This document shows, piece after piece, positions 7,022-15,389 of a stretch of DNA of 26,429 nucleotides; position 1 is the stretch's first letter, and each line of letters begins with the position of its first letter. The stretch covers positions 1 through 26,429 of the IMG/VR virus record IMGVR_UViG_3300037462_000641, one strand, 5' to 3'. Both the position numbers and the translations under genes were made by a program. The notes beneath the pieces were generated by a model. It was given only the letters and a program-made list of their open reading frames with translations, searched no databases and was not told the origin of the DNA. The stretch is from a virus. Taxonomy: Duplodnaviria; Caudoviricetes.

Positions 7022-8152
7022 ATGAAAAACAGGCTGCAAGCGATTCTCGGACAAATCGAAGCCCTCGTCGCCGAGGCGCGCCGCCTCATCGTGGCAACCG
7101 ACGAAGGGAACGTTGCCAGCGTTCCCATTGCTGGCAACGCCGGAAAACGCGAACGAGTGCGCGCGGCGCTGGCGGATGCAGAACTGCAACGGTTGAGCAA
7201 CCGGCAATTGGCGCGCCTCACAAACACTTCGCACACCTACGTTGCCAATTTGCGGAAACAAATGGAAACGGAGTTGCCGGAAAGCCGCAATGAAGTGGCA
7301 ACTGTTTCCGAAGATGGAAAGTGCGTTTCCAGTGAAGCGGAAACAAAAACGGAAAGGTTTCCGCAAACAGAAATGGCGTTGCCGGAAAGTGGAAAAGAAA
7401 TCGCATTTGTTGCCAAAAAAACAGGAAACCTTTCCACTATATCTAGCTCTAGTTCTAGTTCTATCTCTAATCAAGAAATAGAACAGAATAGAGACGGGGT
7501 GCCGGGGGGAAACGCGGCGGAAGAAAATTCCACTGAGTTTCCGCCCATACCTGAACTCACCCTCGTCACTATTGATTTTTGGCAGAAACAACCGTACGCC
7601 GCCGTCGCCGCCGCGCTGACCCCGTCGCTTTCCGACGAAGAGCGCAAAGAGCAAATTTTCAAGTTTTGCGCGACTCGCCGGTCGCCGCGATGGGGGGGAG
7701 ACAAGGGCTTGACGCAGTGGCTGAGAAATTCCGAAACGTACAAACGCAGGGGCGAGCAAATGCGCGCGGCCGCTGCAAAGCCAAAGCCGGCCGCCGCTGC
7801 CGCGCCGGGGATGTACGTTGGCGCAACCGAAGCGCCGCACAGCGCGCCGGAATCGGACGATCCGCAGTCGGCCGTTCAGTCCTTGCGGGACTCACTCCGC
7901 GATCAGTGGAGAGAAGAGGTTGAAAATTATGGGTCCCTTCGCCTGGCCGGAATGTCCGAAGCCGAGCGAATTGAGGCGATGGCCGCAACGCGCGCCAGGC
8001 TGGGACGGGAATCCGGCGCGCAGTTCACGCGGCTACCCGACAGCGCGAAAACCTCGGCCGCGGAGGTGAATTTGGTGCTGGAACTCGGCAAGGAAAGATG
8101 CGGGGATTTTGACGCCTGGGTGAAGGCCAGACACACTGAGAGGGTCGGATGA
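7022..8152 (+). CDS. Putative phage replication initiator (N-terminal HTH, low-complexity linker)
   Basis: LSNRQLARLTNTSHTYVANLRK HTH, internal iteron-like repeats, Ser-run linker, SD AGGAG, position in the early operon. Confidence 0.65.
   Translation: MKNRLQAILGQIEALVAEARRLIVATDEGNVASVPIAGNAGKRERVRAALADAELQRLSNRQLARLTNTSHTYVANLRKQMETELPESRNEVATVSEDGKCVSSEAETKTERFPQTEMALPESGKEIAFVAKKTGNLSTISSSSSSSISNQEIEQNRDGVPGGNAAEENSTEFPPIPELTLVTIDFWQKQPYAAVAAALTPSLSDEERKEQIFKFCATRRSPRWGGDKGLTQWLRNSETYKRRGEQMRAAAAKPKPAAAAAPGMYVGATEAPHSAPESDDPQSAVQSLRDSLRDQWREEVENYGSLRLAGMSEAERIEAMAATRARLGRESGAQFTRLPDSAKTSAAEVNLVLELGKERCGDFDAWVKARHTERVG
7264..7470. repeat. Iteron-like cluster, putative replication origin inside the initiator gene
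   Basis: Inverted pairs GGAAACggaGTTGCC (7264), GGCAACtGTTTCC (7297), GGAAAGtgcGTTTCC (7316), GGAAAGGTTTCC (7351), GGAAACCTTTCC (7424), then (TCTAnn)x5 at 7442-7470. Confidence 0.6.
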
Positions 8153-8400
8153 GCGAAAATTTCATTAACAGAGCATTAGCGGCTTTTGAGGCGAGAGATT
8201 TTTGGGAATCTCTTGAGATCGTGTTACTTGGGATCCGGGAAAATCCGCCAAAAGAGGTTGCGGCGGAATTGAAAAGACTGCGCGCGAAGCTTTGGCGAAA
8301 GCGGGGGTGCCCCACCTGTTCAGGACTCGATCCGAAATCGTGCATGCGTTGCCAGGGGCGAACGAAGCTGTCCGAGTGGTGCGACGGAGAAGTCCAATGA
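8149..8400 (+). CDS. Small hypothetical protein with C-terminal CxxC-x7-CxxC zinc knuckle
   Basis: CPTCSGLDPKSCMRC; ATGA overlaps with both neighbours. Confidence 0.75.
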   Translation: MSENFINRALAAFEARDFWESLEIVLLGIRENPPKEVAAELKRLRAKLWRKRGCPTCSGLDPKSCMRCQGRTKLSEWCDGEVQ

Positions 8401-9284
8401 GCTTGCGCGCAGGAAGTCTTTTTTCTGGAATCGGCCTGTTCGATCTCGGAATCGAAGCCGCCGGGGCTGAACTCGTTTTTCAATGCGAAATAGACGCTTG
8501 GTGTCGCAAAATCCTGCGCCGCCAATTCCCAACACTCAGAATTGCCAATCGAATTTTTGGAGATGTGCGAGATGTCAAAGAATTTCCGCAGTGCGATCTG
8601 CTCTTCGGCGGCTTCCCGTGCCAAGACCTCTCTGTCGCCGGAGTCCGCGCCAGTGACGGAATCGAACGCGCCCGAAGCGGACTATGGAGAGAGTTTGTGC
8701 GCGCCGTACGCCAAATACGACCCGCTTACGTGCTCATGGAGAACGTTCCAAGGCTTGCTGTGGCCGGACTTGATCGCATCCTCTGTGAGCTTGCCCAAAT
8801 CGGGTATGATGCGGAGTGGACAACTCTTTCCGCATCAAATTTTGGGCACTGGCACCGCCGCGAACGCATTTTCATTGTTGCCTACGATCCTCGCCAGCGA
8901 CGAGCGCCTGAAATTCCAATCAAAAAAATCGAAGGCGAGGGGATCAGGGGAAAAACTGTACGAAGCCCTCTTGAACCAATCTTGGAAGCGCCGCCGTCGT
9001 GCCCGCTCAAAAAATGGCCAAGGAAAGTTGCGCCGCTTTTACCGGAACTCGTCTACGTAGATAAATACAAATTTGAAATAACGACGGTCAAGGAATCGGC
9101 AATAAATCCTGAATTTGGCGAATGGATGATGGGTGCGCCGCGCGGCTGGACGGAGGGCATACCTGAAAAAAAACGAATCGAAGCACTCGGAAACGCGGTC
9201 GTCGTCGAGGTTGCCCAATTTGTCGGCGAGTGTGTCAAAAAAGACGCGAGAAAATACCTCGACCAAAATCAAAGAAGGGCGTAA
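8397..9284 (+). CDS. DNA (cytosine-5) methyltransferase
   Basis: Motif I SLFSGIG, IV GGFPCQDLS, VI MENV, VIII HRRERIF, IX-like INPEFGEWMMGAPRGWT, X ALGNAV. Confidence 0.95.
   Translation: MSLRAGSLFSGIGLFDLGIEAAGAELVFQCEIDAWCRKILRRQFPTLRIANRIFGDVRDVKEFPQCDLLFGGFPCQDLSVAGVRASDGIERARSGLWREFVRAVRQIRPAYVLMENVPRLAVAGLDRILCELAQIGYDAEWTTLSASNFGHWHRRERIFIVAYDPRQRRAPEIPIKKIEGEGIRGKTVRSPLEPILEAPPSCPLKKWPRKVAPLLPELVYVDKYKFEITTVKESAINPEFGEWMMGAPRGWTEGIPEKKRIEALGNAVVVEVAQFVGECVKKDARKYLDQNQRRA
8572..9060 (+). CDS. Nested +1-frame ORF inside the C5 methyltransferase (possible second subunit)
   Basis: GGAG at 8559-8562 precedes ATG8572; frame is open for 162 codons and contains LLPTILASD. Confidence 0.4.
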   Translation: MSKNFRSAICSSAASRAKTSLSPESAPVTESNAPEADYGESLCAPYAKYDPLTCSWRTFQGLLWPDLIASSVSLPKSGMMRSGQLFPHQILGTGTAANAFSLLPTILASDERLKFQSKKSKARGSGEKLYEALLNQSWKRRRRARSKNGQGKLRRFYRNSST

Positions 9285-9293
9285 AGTTTTCCC

Positions 9294-10337
9294 ATGAGAA
9301 GGCTCACGGAAAATGATTTCAACGAAGCCGCCGAACTGCTCGGATGCGAGTTCGCGGCTGTAAAAGCCGTCGCTGAAGTCGAAAGCGCCGGTGCGGGCTT
9401 TCTCAAAGACGGGAGACTGCGAATCCTTTTCGAGGGGCACTGGTTTTTTCGATTGACGCGCGGCGCGCACCAATACTCGCACCCGACGATTTGCTATCCG
9501 AAATGGACGCGCGAATTTTACGCGAAGGGACGCACCGCTGACGCGCGCGGCGCCGGTGAGTTTTCCAGGCTGGAGCAGGCGATGGCCCTGAATCGCGAGG
9601 CGGCATTGAAGTCGGCGAGCTATGGCAAGTTCCAGATCATGGGGTTCAACTTTGCCCTGTGCGGGTTCAACGCGGTGGAAGATTTTTACGCGGCAATGCA
9701 GCAGGACGAAGGCCAGCATCTCGCAGCTTTCTGCCAGTACATCAAAAACAGCGGGCTTGACGACGAACTGCGCGAGCGCGATTGGGTGCGGTTCGCACGC
9801 CTCTACAACGGGCCGGAATACCGCAAGAACAATTACGATGGGAAGCTTCGCCGCGCGTACGAGAAGCACGCAAGGACAGCGCCGCCCGCGCCAGAAAAAA
9901 GGCAACCAAGTTGGCGCCCGCAATCGAACCCGAAAAGTGACGAACCGCCGCCGCCCGTCGCGGAGCCCTCATTGATCGCAGCCGCAACCGGCGCGATTGT
10001 GGACGACGTGCGCGCGGTTGCGGCGTCATCAGTGGCGCAAAATGGAGAGCCGTCGGCGGTCCTTGGCGCGTCCCTGCCGTTAGCGGCCAAGGCAACCTTT
10101 GGCAAAATCAAAAAATTCATTTTGCCCAGCGGAATCGTCGGCGGCGGATTACTCAGCCAATGGGGCGAGTTGCTCCAAATTTTCGGCGGAATCAAGGGCG
10201 TCGCCGTCGCCGCATTCATAATCGCAGCCTGCGTGGCGGCCGGAGCTCTCGCCTGGCGATGGCGCAAAGAGAGGGCGGAGCTTCAGACCAAAATGACAAT
10301 ACTGCAAAATGAGATTGCGGAACTCAGAACGAGGTGA
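9294..10337 (+). CDS. Endolysin, DUF3380-type N-acetylmuramidase with Pro-rich linker and C-terminal transmembrane segment
   Basis: AVAEVESAGAGF...ILFEGHWF...SASYGKFQIMGFN...FARLYNGPEY..NNYD.KL; hydrophobic C-terminus GVAVAAFIIAACVAAGALAW. Confidence 0.92.
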   Translation: MRRLTENDFNEAAELLGCEFAAVKAVAEVESAGAGFLKDGRLRILFEGHWFFRLTRGAHQYSHPTICYPKWTREFYAKGRTADARGAGEFSRLEQAMALNREAALKSASYGKFQIMGFNFALCGFNAVEDFYAAMQQDEGQHLAAFCQYIKNSGLDDELRERDWVRFARLYNGPEYRKNNYDGKLRRAYEKHARTAPPAPEKRQPSWRPQSNPKSDEPPPPVAEPSLIAAATGAIVDDVRAVAASSVAQNGEPSAVLGASLPLAAKATFGKIKKFILPSGIVGGGLLSQWGELLQIFGGIKGVAVAAFIIAACVAAGALAWRWRKERAELQTKMTILQNEIAELRTR

Positions 10338-10347
10338 AGGATACGAC

Positions 10348-10671
10348 ATGAGGAAATTGTCACTGCTTACAATTTTCGACGACCTGCCTTTGGGCTTGCC
10401 AATTGCCGCGCTTGGCATGGCGGGGCGGGCGATATGGGGTGTTGTGCGAATGCCCGCGCGGATTTCGTCACTCGAAATCTCCAACTTAGAGTGCGCGGCA
10501 AGAGAAGCGGCGCTGTCGGTTTCAGTGGCGCAACTTTCGGGAAGAGTGACAGCACTGGAAGAGAGCCGCGACAAAATGCGGGAATCACGCGACAGATGGC
10601 GCGAGGAGGCAAAGAAAAGCGGTGGGCATCCGCAATACACCAACGAGACGGGAGAGTTTGAAGCGCAATGA
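10348..10671 (+). CDS. Single-TM coiled-coil protein, holin- or spanin-like candidate
   Basis: Hydrophobic LPLGLPIAALGMAGRAIWGVV followed by a coiled coil; directly after the endolysin. Confidence 0.55.
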   Translation: MRKLSLLTIFDDLPLGLPIAALGMAGRAIWGVVRMPARISSLEISNLECAAREAALSVSVAQLSGRVTALEESRDKMRESRDRWREEAKKSGGHPQYTNETGEFEAQ

Positions 10672-11252
10672 AAATTATCACGAATGAGCGAGTCGAAAAA
10701 AATATTCGCTTTGGTGTTGCCCGCGGACTGACACACGCTGCAAAAGTGGGACAAGCGGCATCGCTGAAGGCATTGCCTAAACAGTTCACTTTGCGGGGTC
10801 AATGGTTTCAGCCGTCCAACCGATTCGGCATCAAGATCAATCCGGCCCGCCGCGATGGCGAGCCGGTTGCGTCGGTCTACACGCGCGCCGATTGGCTGGA
10901 CATCCAGGAAGAGGGGGGGACAAAGAGGGGAGCCGGACGCATCGCCATACCGGTCGAGGCGAGACGTTCGCCGACCGCCGTGCTTCGGCGCTCAGAGCGT
11001 CCTGCAAATGTGCCAAAGAAATTTGAAATCAAGACAAAGCGTCAAGGAACTTTGCTCGTCAAGCGAGTGAAGAAAGCCAATGCGACGCGGCGGCGGGAAA
11101 ATCCTTTCAGCGGACTGAAGGTGCTGTATCGCCTCAAGCCAGATGTCAAGGTGAGAAAGCGGAGTGCCTTTTATGCACCCGTAACAGCGGCCATCAAGCG
11201 ACAGGTTCAAGGAATAATTGCACGATCAATAAGAGAGGCCCTCAGTTCATAG
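10668..11252 (+). CDS. Basic neck / tail-completion protein (lambda gpZ-like)
   Basis: Very basic; FGVARGLTHAAK and LDIQEEGGTKR.....IAIP patterns. Confidence 0.6.
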   Translation: MKIITNERVEKNIRFGVARGLTHAAKVGQAASLKALPKQFTLRGQWFQPSNRFGIKINPARRDGEPVASVYTRADWLDIQEEGGTKRGAGRIAIPVEARRSPTAVLRRSERPANVPKKFEIKTKRQGTLLVKRVKKANATRRRENPFSGLKVLYRLKPDVKVRKRSAFYAPVTAAIKRQVQGIIARSIREALSS

Positions 11253-11320
11253 GTTCTTTCCCGGCCTATTGAGTAGGGGTGTCTCGCGAGCGCGGTTGCC
11301 GCGCATCTGCCAAAATTTTT
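11251..11320 (+). other. Putative cos packaging site
   Basis: AGGTTCTTTCC resembles lambda cosQ-region GGGTCCTTTCC. It is followed by GGGGTGTCTCGCGAG and the palindrome GCGCGG-ttg-CCGCGC in the only gap upstream of the terminase operon. Confidence 0.45.
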
Positions 11321-11345
11321 CAATGACTACGGTTTATTTTTGCAA

Positions 11346-12059
11346 ATGAGAAAACCAGACAGGGCGATCACAGCAAGGCGTTTCAGTTTCGGCGGCGGAC
11401 ATCAGCCGGCCGACGCAACCAGCTTTCGCGGCGTCGTCCGGCGTTCTCCCGTCACCCTCGGCGGCGGCTTCGGGCATGTTGTATCCCACCAAGAGAGCGT
11501 CACCCACCGCACCCTCGGCGAAAACGAAACGATGACGCGGCGAGCGGTCGGCCGCGAATTTCTTGATCGCACGCACGTCCGCAACGCGCGCCAGGTAATC
11601 CCCCGCCTGCCGCAGCCGATGGAATATTTCGAGTTCATGAGCAATCAAAATTTCACGACCCATGCGGCGCTCACCGTCCTCATGGAGATGTGCGACCCGG
11701 AAGTCGTGCGCGACATGTGGATAGCCACCCTGTCCTTTACGGAGAAGACGATCCTTGACCTCTGTCGGCTGCATGACGAAGGGCGAGTTGAGCGAATCAG
11801 TGTAATTTGCAGTGTGTATTTTGAGGCGAAGGAAAGGGAAAAGTTCCACAAGGCGAAGCAACTGATGTCAGGGCGCAACATGCGCCTGGTCGCGTGCCTG
11901 TCGCATGCCAAAATCGCGTTGCTCGACGTGCGCGACGCCTACATCCTCACGGGTTCGGGAAATCTTCGGTCGTGCTCTTCGATTGAGCAATACACCCTCA
12001 CCGCCGGACGCGATCTATATGCCCCATACGCGAAAAAACTGGAGCAATTCTTTCAATGA
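11346..12059 (+). CDS. Phospholipase D-like (single HKD-type) nuclease-domain protein
   Basis: SHAKIALLD...YILTGSGNLRS...IEQ matches HxK-x4-D...GSxN...E; also MWIATLS and ISVICSVYF core strands. Confidence 0.75.
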   Translation: MRKPDRAITARRFSFGGGHQPADATSFRGVVRRSPVTLGGGFGHVVSHQESVTHRTLGENETMTRRAVGREFLDRTHVRNARQVIPRLPQPMEYFEFMSNQNFTTHAALTVLMEMCDPEVVRDMWIATLSFTEKTILDLCRLHDEGRVERISVICSVYFEAKEREKFHKAKQLMSGRNMRLVACLSHAKIALLDVRDAYILTGSGNLRSCSSIEQYTLTAGRDLYAPYAKKLEQFFQ

Positions 12060-12460
12060 AGGCGATCAAAAAATCAAAAGCTTCGCCGGACTACCTCCCA
12101 CACTTGGTCGAGGCGATGCTGGCCGGCCTTTTGCCAAGTCAGGCGAGCAGCTTCATCCGTAACGATCTAAAAGACGTTGATGGCGTCGCCGACGCCGCGA
12201 CGGCCACCGACGCCGACATTGAGCGGGCGATAGACCTGGCATGGAATTTCATCCTCACCGATGTCGAAACCGACCCGACGCGCCTGGCGGCGCGCGACCT
12301 CGCCCGACTTGAGATGCTTTTCGCGCGGTGCGTGCAGTCGCAGATGTACGCCGACGCGCTGAAGGTGCTCATGGCCCGGCAAAAACTCAAACCGCTTGAG
12401 ACGAAGAAGGCGGTGCCTGAAGAGATCAAGAGGAAGCTGGAACTTTTGAAGGCAAGTTAA
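12056..12460 (+). CDS. Hypothetical helical protein upstream of the terminase
   Basis: ATGA overlap with the PLD gene; coherent 134-aa ORF. Confidence 0.75.
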   Translation: MKAIKKSKASPDYLPHLVEAMLAGLLPSQASSFIRNDLKDVDGVADAATATDADIERAIDLAWNFILTDVETDPTRLAARDLARLEMLFARCVQSQMYADALKVLMARQKLKPLETKKAVPEEIKRKLELLKAS

Positions 12461-12463
12461 GAT

Positions 12464-13015
12464 GTGGCCCAACTTATCCCAACAAAGGAGTTGCTGGACT
12501 TTCTTCGTGAGCATGGCGTCGGGGACTACACCGACGAGACCATCAGATATTGGAGGACGTGCGATCCGCCGATACCATGCGCCAAGCCCGGCAAGCGCGG
12601 ACAGTCACATCAATGGGATGTGTCGGAGGTTTTGGACTGGCTGCATTTGCGCCGCCAAAGCGAAAAAAAAGGATGGACGGCGCCAAACGCCGCGCCCTCG
12701 CCGGAAGGGAAAGACCCTCTTCGTCATTGGCAAGCGCAGATCAAGCGCACCGAATACCTCGAAAAAGTGGGCAAGCTTGTTGACGCTGCTGCCATCGAAG
12801 CCGCGATCACAAATGCTTTCATCAATGTTCGCGCCCGCCTGCTTTCGGTTGCCCCGTCGGTTGCAGTGCAATGCGAGGGGAAGTCGGCCGCGCAGATTCA
12901 GAAATTGATAGATGACAAAATCCGCGAGGGACTCGACGAACTGTGCATAGCGACCTCCAATCAATCCTTGCAAATCCCGCCGCCATCATTGCCCGCGCCG
13001 CCGAGCGAGGACTGA
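12464..13015 (+). CDS. Terminase small subunit (Nu1-like)
   Basis: N-terminal wHTH (TDETIRYWR...WDVSEVLDW), then EKVGKLVDAAAIE...VRARLLSVA; overlaps the large subunit. Confidence 0.85.
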   Translation: MAQLIPTKELLDFLREHGVGDYTDETIRYWRTCDPPIPCAKPGKRGQSHQWDVSEVLDWLHLRRQSEKKGWTAPNAAPSPEGKDPLRHWQAQIKRTEYLEKVGKLVDAAAIEAAITNAFINVRARLLSVAPSVAVQCEGKSAAQIQKLIDDKIREGLDELCIATSNQSLQIPPPSLPAPPSED

Positions 13016-14847
13016 GACCGCCGCCAAACCTCGACGTGAAGGCATGGGCCGACCGGTTTCGCGCGCTTCATCGCGAGATTGCCCCCAACAGTCCGGGAAG
13101 ATGGCGCACGTCCCGGACGCCCTACCTTGCCGAGATCATGGAATGGTTCACCGACCTGGAGGCCGCGCCAATCGCCGTTTTCCTCAAATGCGCCCGCATC
13201 GGCGGGACGTCCGTGATCGAAAACGCGCTCGGCCGCTTCATCCACCTCGACCCCTGTCCCATGCTGGTGATGCAACCAACAATTGAGGACGCCAAAGCAT
13301 TTTCGCGCAAACATATAGATGGAATGATCCAGGCTACGGGCCAACTTGCCGAGAAATTCCCGCGCCGGGGCGCCCGAAACGACAAAGCGCGGTTGTTGGA
13401 AAAAGATTTTCCGGGCGGGTCAATTAAGTTGATCGGGAGCAATGCCGGGTCGGGATTGCGCCGAGAAACAATTCGGATTGTCCTTATTGACGAGGCGTCG
13501 GGATGCTCCGGCGCGGTCAAGAACGAAGGCGATCCGATTCGATTGGCGGCAAAGCGAACTGAGACGATCTGGAATCGTCGAATTTTCCTCACATCCACGC
13601 CGACAATTGAGGGGCGATGTCGCACCACGACCGAGTACGAGCGCAGCGACATGCGACTGTACCATGTCCCCTGCCCGCACTGCGGCGAGTTGCAGCCCCT
13701 CGTTTTTGAGAATTTCAAATTTTGGCGAGACGACGAGGGCGCCATCACGGACGCGCAGTTTGGTTGCGTCGGCTGCAAGGCGCTCATCGCAGAAAGTCAC
13801 AAGCCGGACATGCTGGCCGCCGGGAAGTGGATTCCGACGCACCCGAACCGCCGGATGCACGGCTGGAAGATCAACGTCTTCTACTCGCCATTTTACTCGT
13901 GGAAGAGCGTCGCCGAGGACTTTCTGACGCTGAAAGAGGCGCCCGAGGGCTTGCAGGTTTGGGCCAATACCTACCTTGCGGAGACCTACAAGCTGGATGC
14001 CGAGCAGCTTGACCCGGTCGCCCTGTCCGCGCGCCGCGAACGATACCCGCACCCGATCCCGTATGGCGTGTGCGTCTTGACGGCGGGCGTTGACGTGCAG
14101 AGCGCTGGACGGCTGGAGGCGTTGATCGTCGGCTGGGGCGTCGGGGAAGAGGCATGGATAGTCGCACACAAGATTTTCGAGGGCGACGTACGTCAGTCGC
14201 CCTCCGTCGAAGACTCCGTTTGGGCGCGGCTTGACGCCTGGCTTTCGGAGCCGCGCGAGCACGAAAGCGGAGTGAGTTTGAACGTCATCGGTTCCGGGGT
14301 TGACACCGGCGGACACGCGGCAAAGCAGGTCTACGATTTTTGCTACGGAAAGACGACACGCGGCGTCGTGCCGGTCAAGGGCGCATCAACGTACCCGCAC
14401 CCGTTGATCGTGCGCGGAAAAAGAAACGCATCGTCAGGGCGGCGCAAGGTCGGGCATTACATGATCGGGACCGAGACGGCAAAAAATACGCTGTTCGCCC
14501 GCCTGAATATCGCTCCGCCGGAAGGCGGGCGCGCGCCCGGCTATATCCACCTGCCGGACACGGTTGATGAAGAATTTTGCAAGCAACTCACGAACGAAAA
14601 GGTCATCAGCTTCTACCGCAAGGGCAAGTTGATTTGGCGCTATGACAAAATTGGCCCCAATGAGGCTCTTGATATGCTAGTCTACGCTTACGCAATGCTC
14701 GGATGGCGACAGGTCAATTTCGCTGCGGTCGCCGCCTCGTTTCCGTCCCGCGCTGAAGCTGACGCGCCGCCTCAGTCGCCAAAAGAAGGAAAGAAAATTC
14801 GCAAAACGAGAACAGGAAAGGGATTCGTGAACGCATGGAAACGCTGA
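12943..14847 (+). CDS. terL: Terminase large subunit, lambda GpA family
   Basis: GRWRTSRTPY, KCARIGGT, VLIDE, TSTPT, YHVPCPHCG, LTAGVDVQ, VDTGG, NEALDMLVYA. Confidence 0.97.
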   Translation: MHSDLQSILANPAAIIARAAERGLRPPPNLDVKAWADRFRALHREIAPNSPGRWRTSRTPYLAEIMEWFTDLEAAPIAVFLKCARIGGTSVIENALGRFIHLDPCPMLVMQPTIEDAKAFSRKHIDGMIQATGQLAEKFPRRGARNDKARLLEKDFPGGSIKLIGSNAGSGLRRETIRIVLIDEASGCSGAVKNEGDPIRLAAKRTETIWNRRIFLTSTPTIEGRCRTTTEYERSDMRLYHVPCPHCGELQPLVFENFKFWRDDEGAITDAQFGCVGCKALIAESHKPDMLAAGKWIPTHPNRRMHGWKINVFYSPFYSWKSVAEDFLTLKEAPEGLQVWANTYLAETYKLDAEQLDPVALSARRERYPHPIPYGVCVLTAGVDVQSAGRLEALIVGWGVGEEAWIVAHKIFEGDVRQSPSVEDSVWARLDAWLSEPREHESGVSLNVIGSGVDTGGHAAKQVYDFCYGKTTRGVVPVKGASTYPHPLIVRGKRNASSGRRKVGHYMIGTETAKNTLFARLNIAPPEGGRAPGYIHLPDTVDEEFCKQLTNEKVISFYRKGKLIWRYDKIGPNEALDMLVYAYAMLGWRQVNFAAVAASFPSRAEADAPPQSPKEGKKIRKTRTGKGFVNAWKR

Positions 14848-15389
14848 CCGCGCCCCCACGGGAGTTTTACGCCGGAGAAACCCCGACATGGACCTGGAAG
14901 GACGATGCATACTCGCCCGCCGAGGGATTCAATTTGGAGTTCCAGTTTACCAAAGGTGGCGACAGTTTCACCGCCGGGGGCGAGCCGAACGCAGAAGGAG
15001 ATGGATGGAATGTTCAACTCCCGGTCGCCGCGACGGAAGACAAGCCTGACGGAAAATACCACTGGCTTGCAATCGCAACACGAAACACGCCCGCGCCATC
15101 AGTGCGCCGAATTATCGGGAATGGATTTTCTCGCCTGTTGGCCGCCGATGGCACAACGCCGACGGAGCGCGATCTTGCCGCCGTCGAAGCCGCAATCCAA
15201 GAACTTGTCACAACGAAGCAATGCGTTTCGGAGTATCGAATCAAAGACCGTCAACTGAAGCGTTACACCATGCAAGAGCTTGAACAGGTCCGGGCAAGAC
15301 TGCGCGAGCAGGTGAGCGCCGAGCGACAGGCGCGCCGCGCCAAAAGCGGCAGTTCTTACCTTCGGACGGTAGGAGTGAGGTTTCGATGA
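14835..15389 (+). CDS. Head-tail joining protein (gpW-like C-terminus with N-terminal extension)
   Basis: SEYRIKDRQLKRYTMQELEQVRARL; lies between terminase and portal. Confidence 0.75.
   Translation: METLTAPPREFYAGETPTWTWKDDAYSPAEGFNLEFQFTKGGDSFTAGGEPNAEGDGWNVQLPVAATEDKPDGKYHWLAIATRNTPAPSVRRIIGNGFSRLLAADGTTPTERDLAAVEAAIQELVTTKQCVSEYRIKDRQLKRYTMQELEQVRARLREQVSAERQARRAKSGSSYLRTVGVRFR

Noticed and set aside
6263-7840. 525-aa minus-strand ORF
   Set aside because: Antisense to the methyltransferase and initiator genes, with no recognisable motifs.
6251-9284. Restriction-modification system
   Set aside because: No restriction endonuclease is recognisable beside either methyltransferase; they look like orphan phage methylases.
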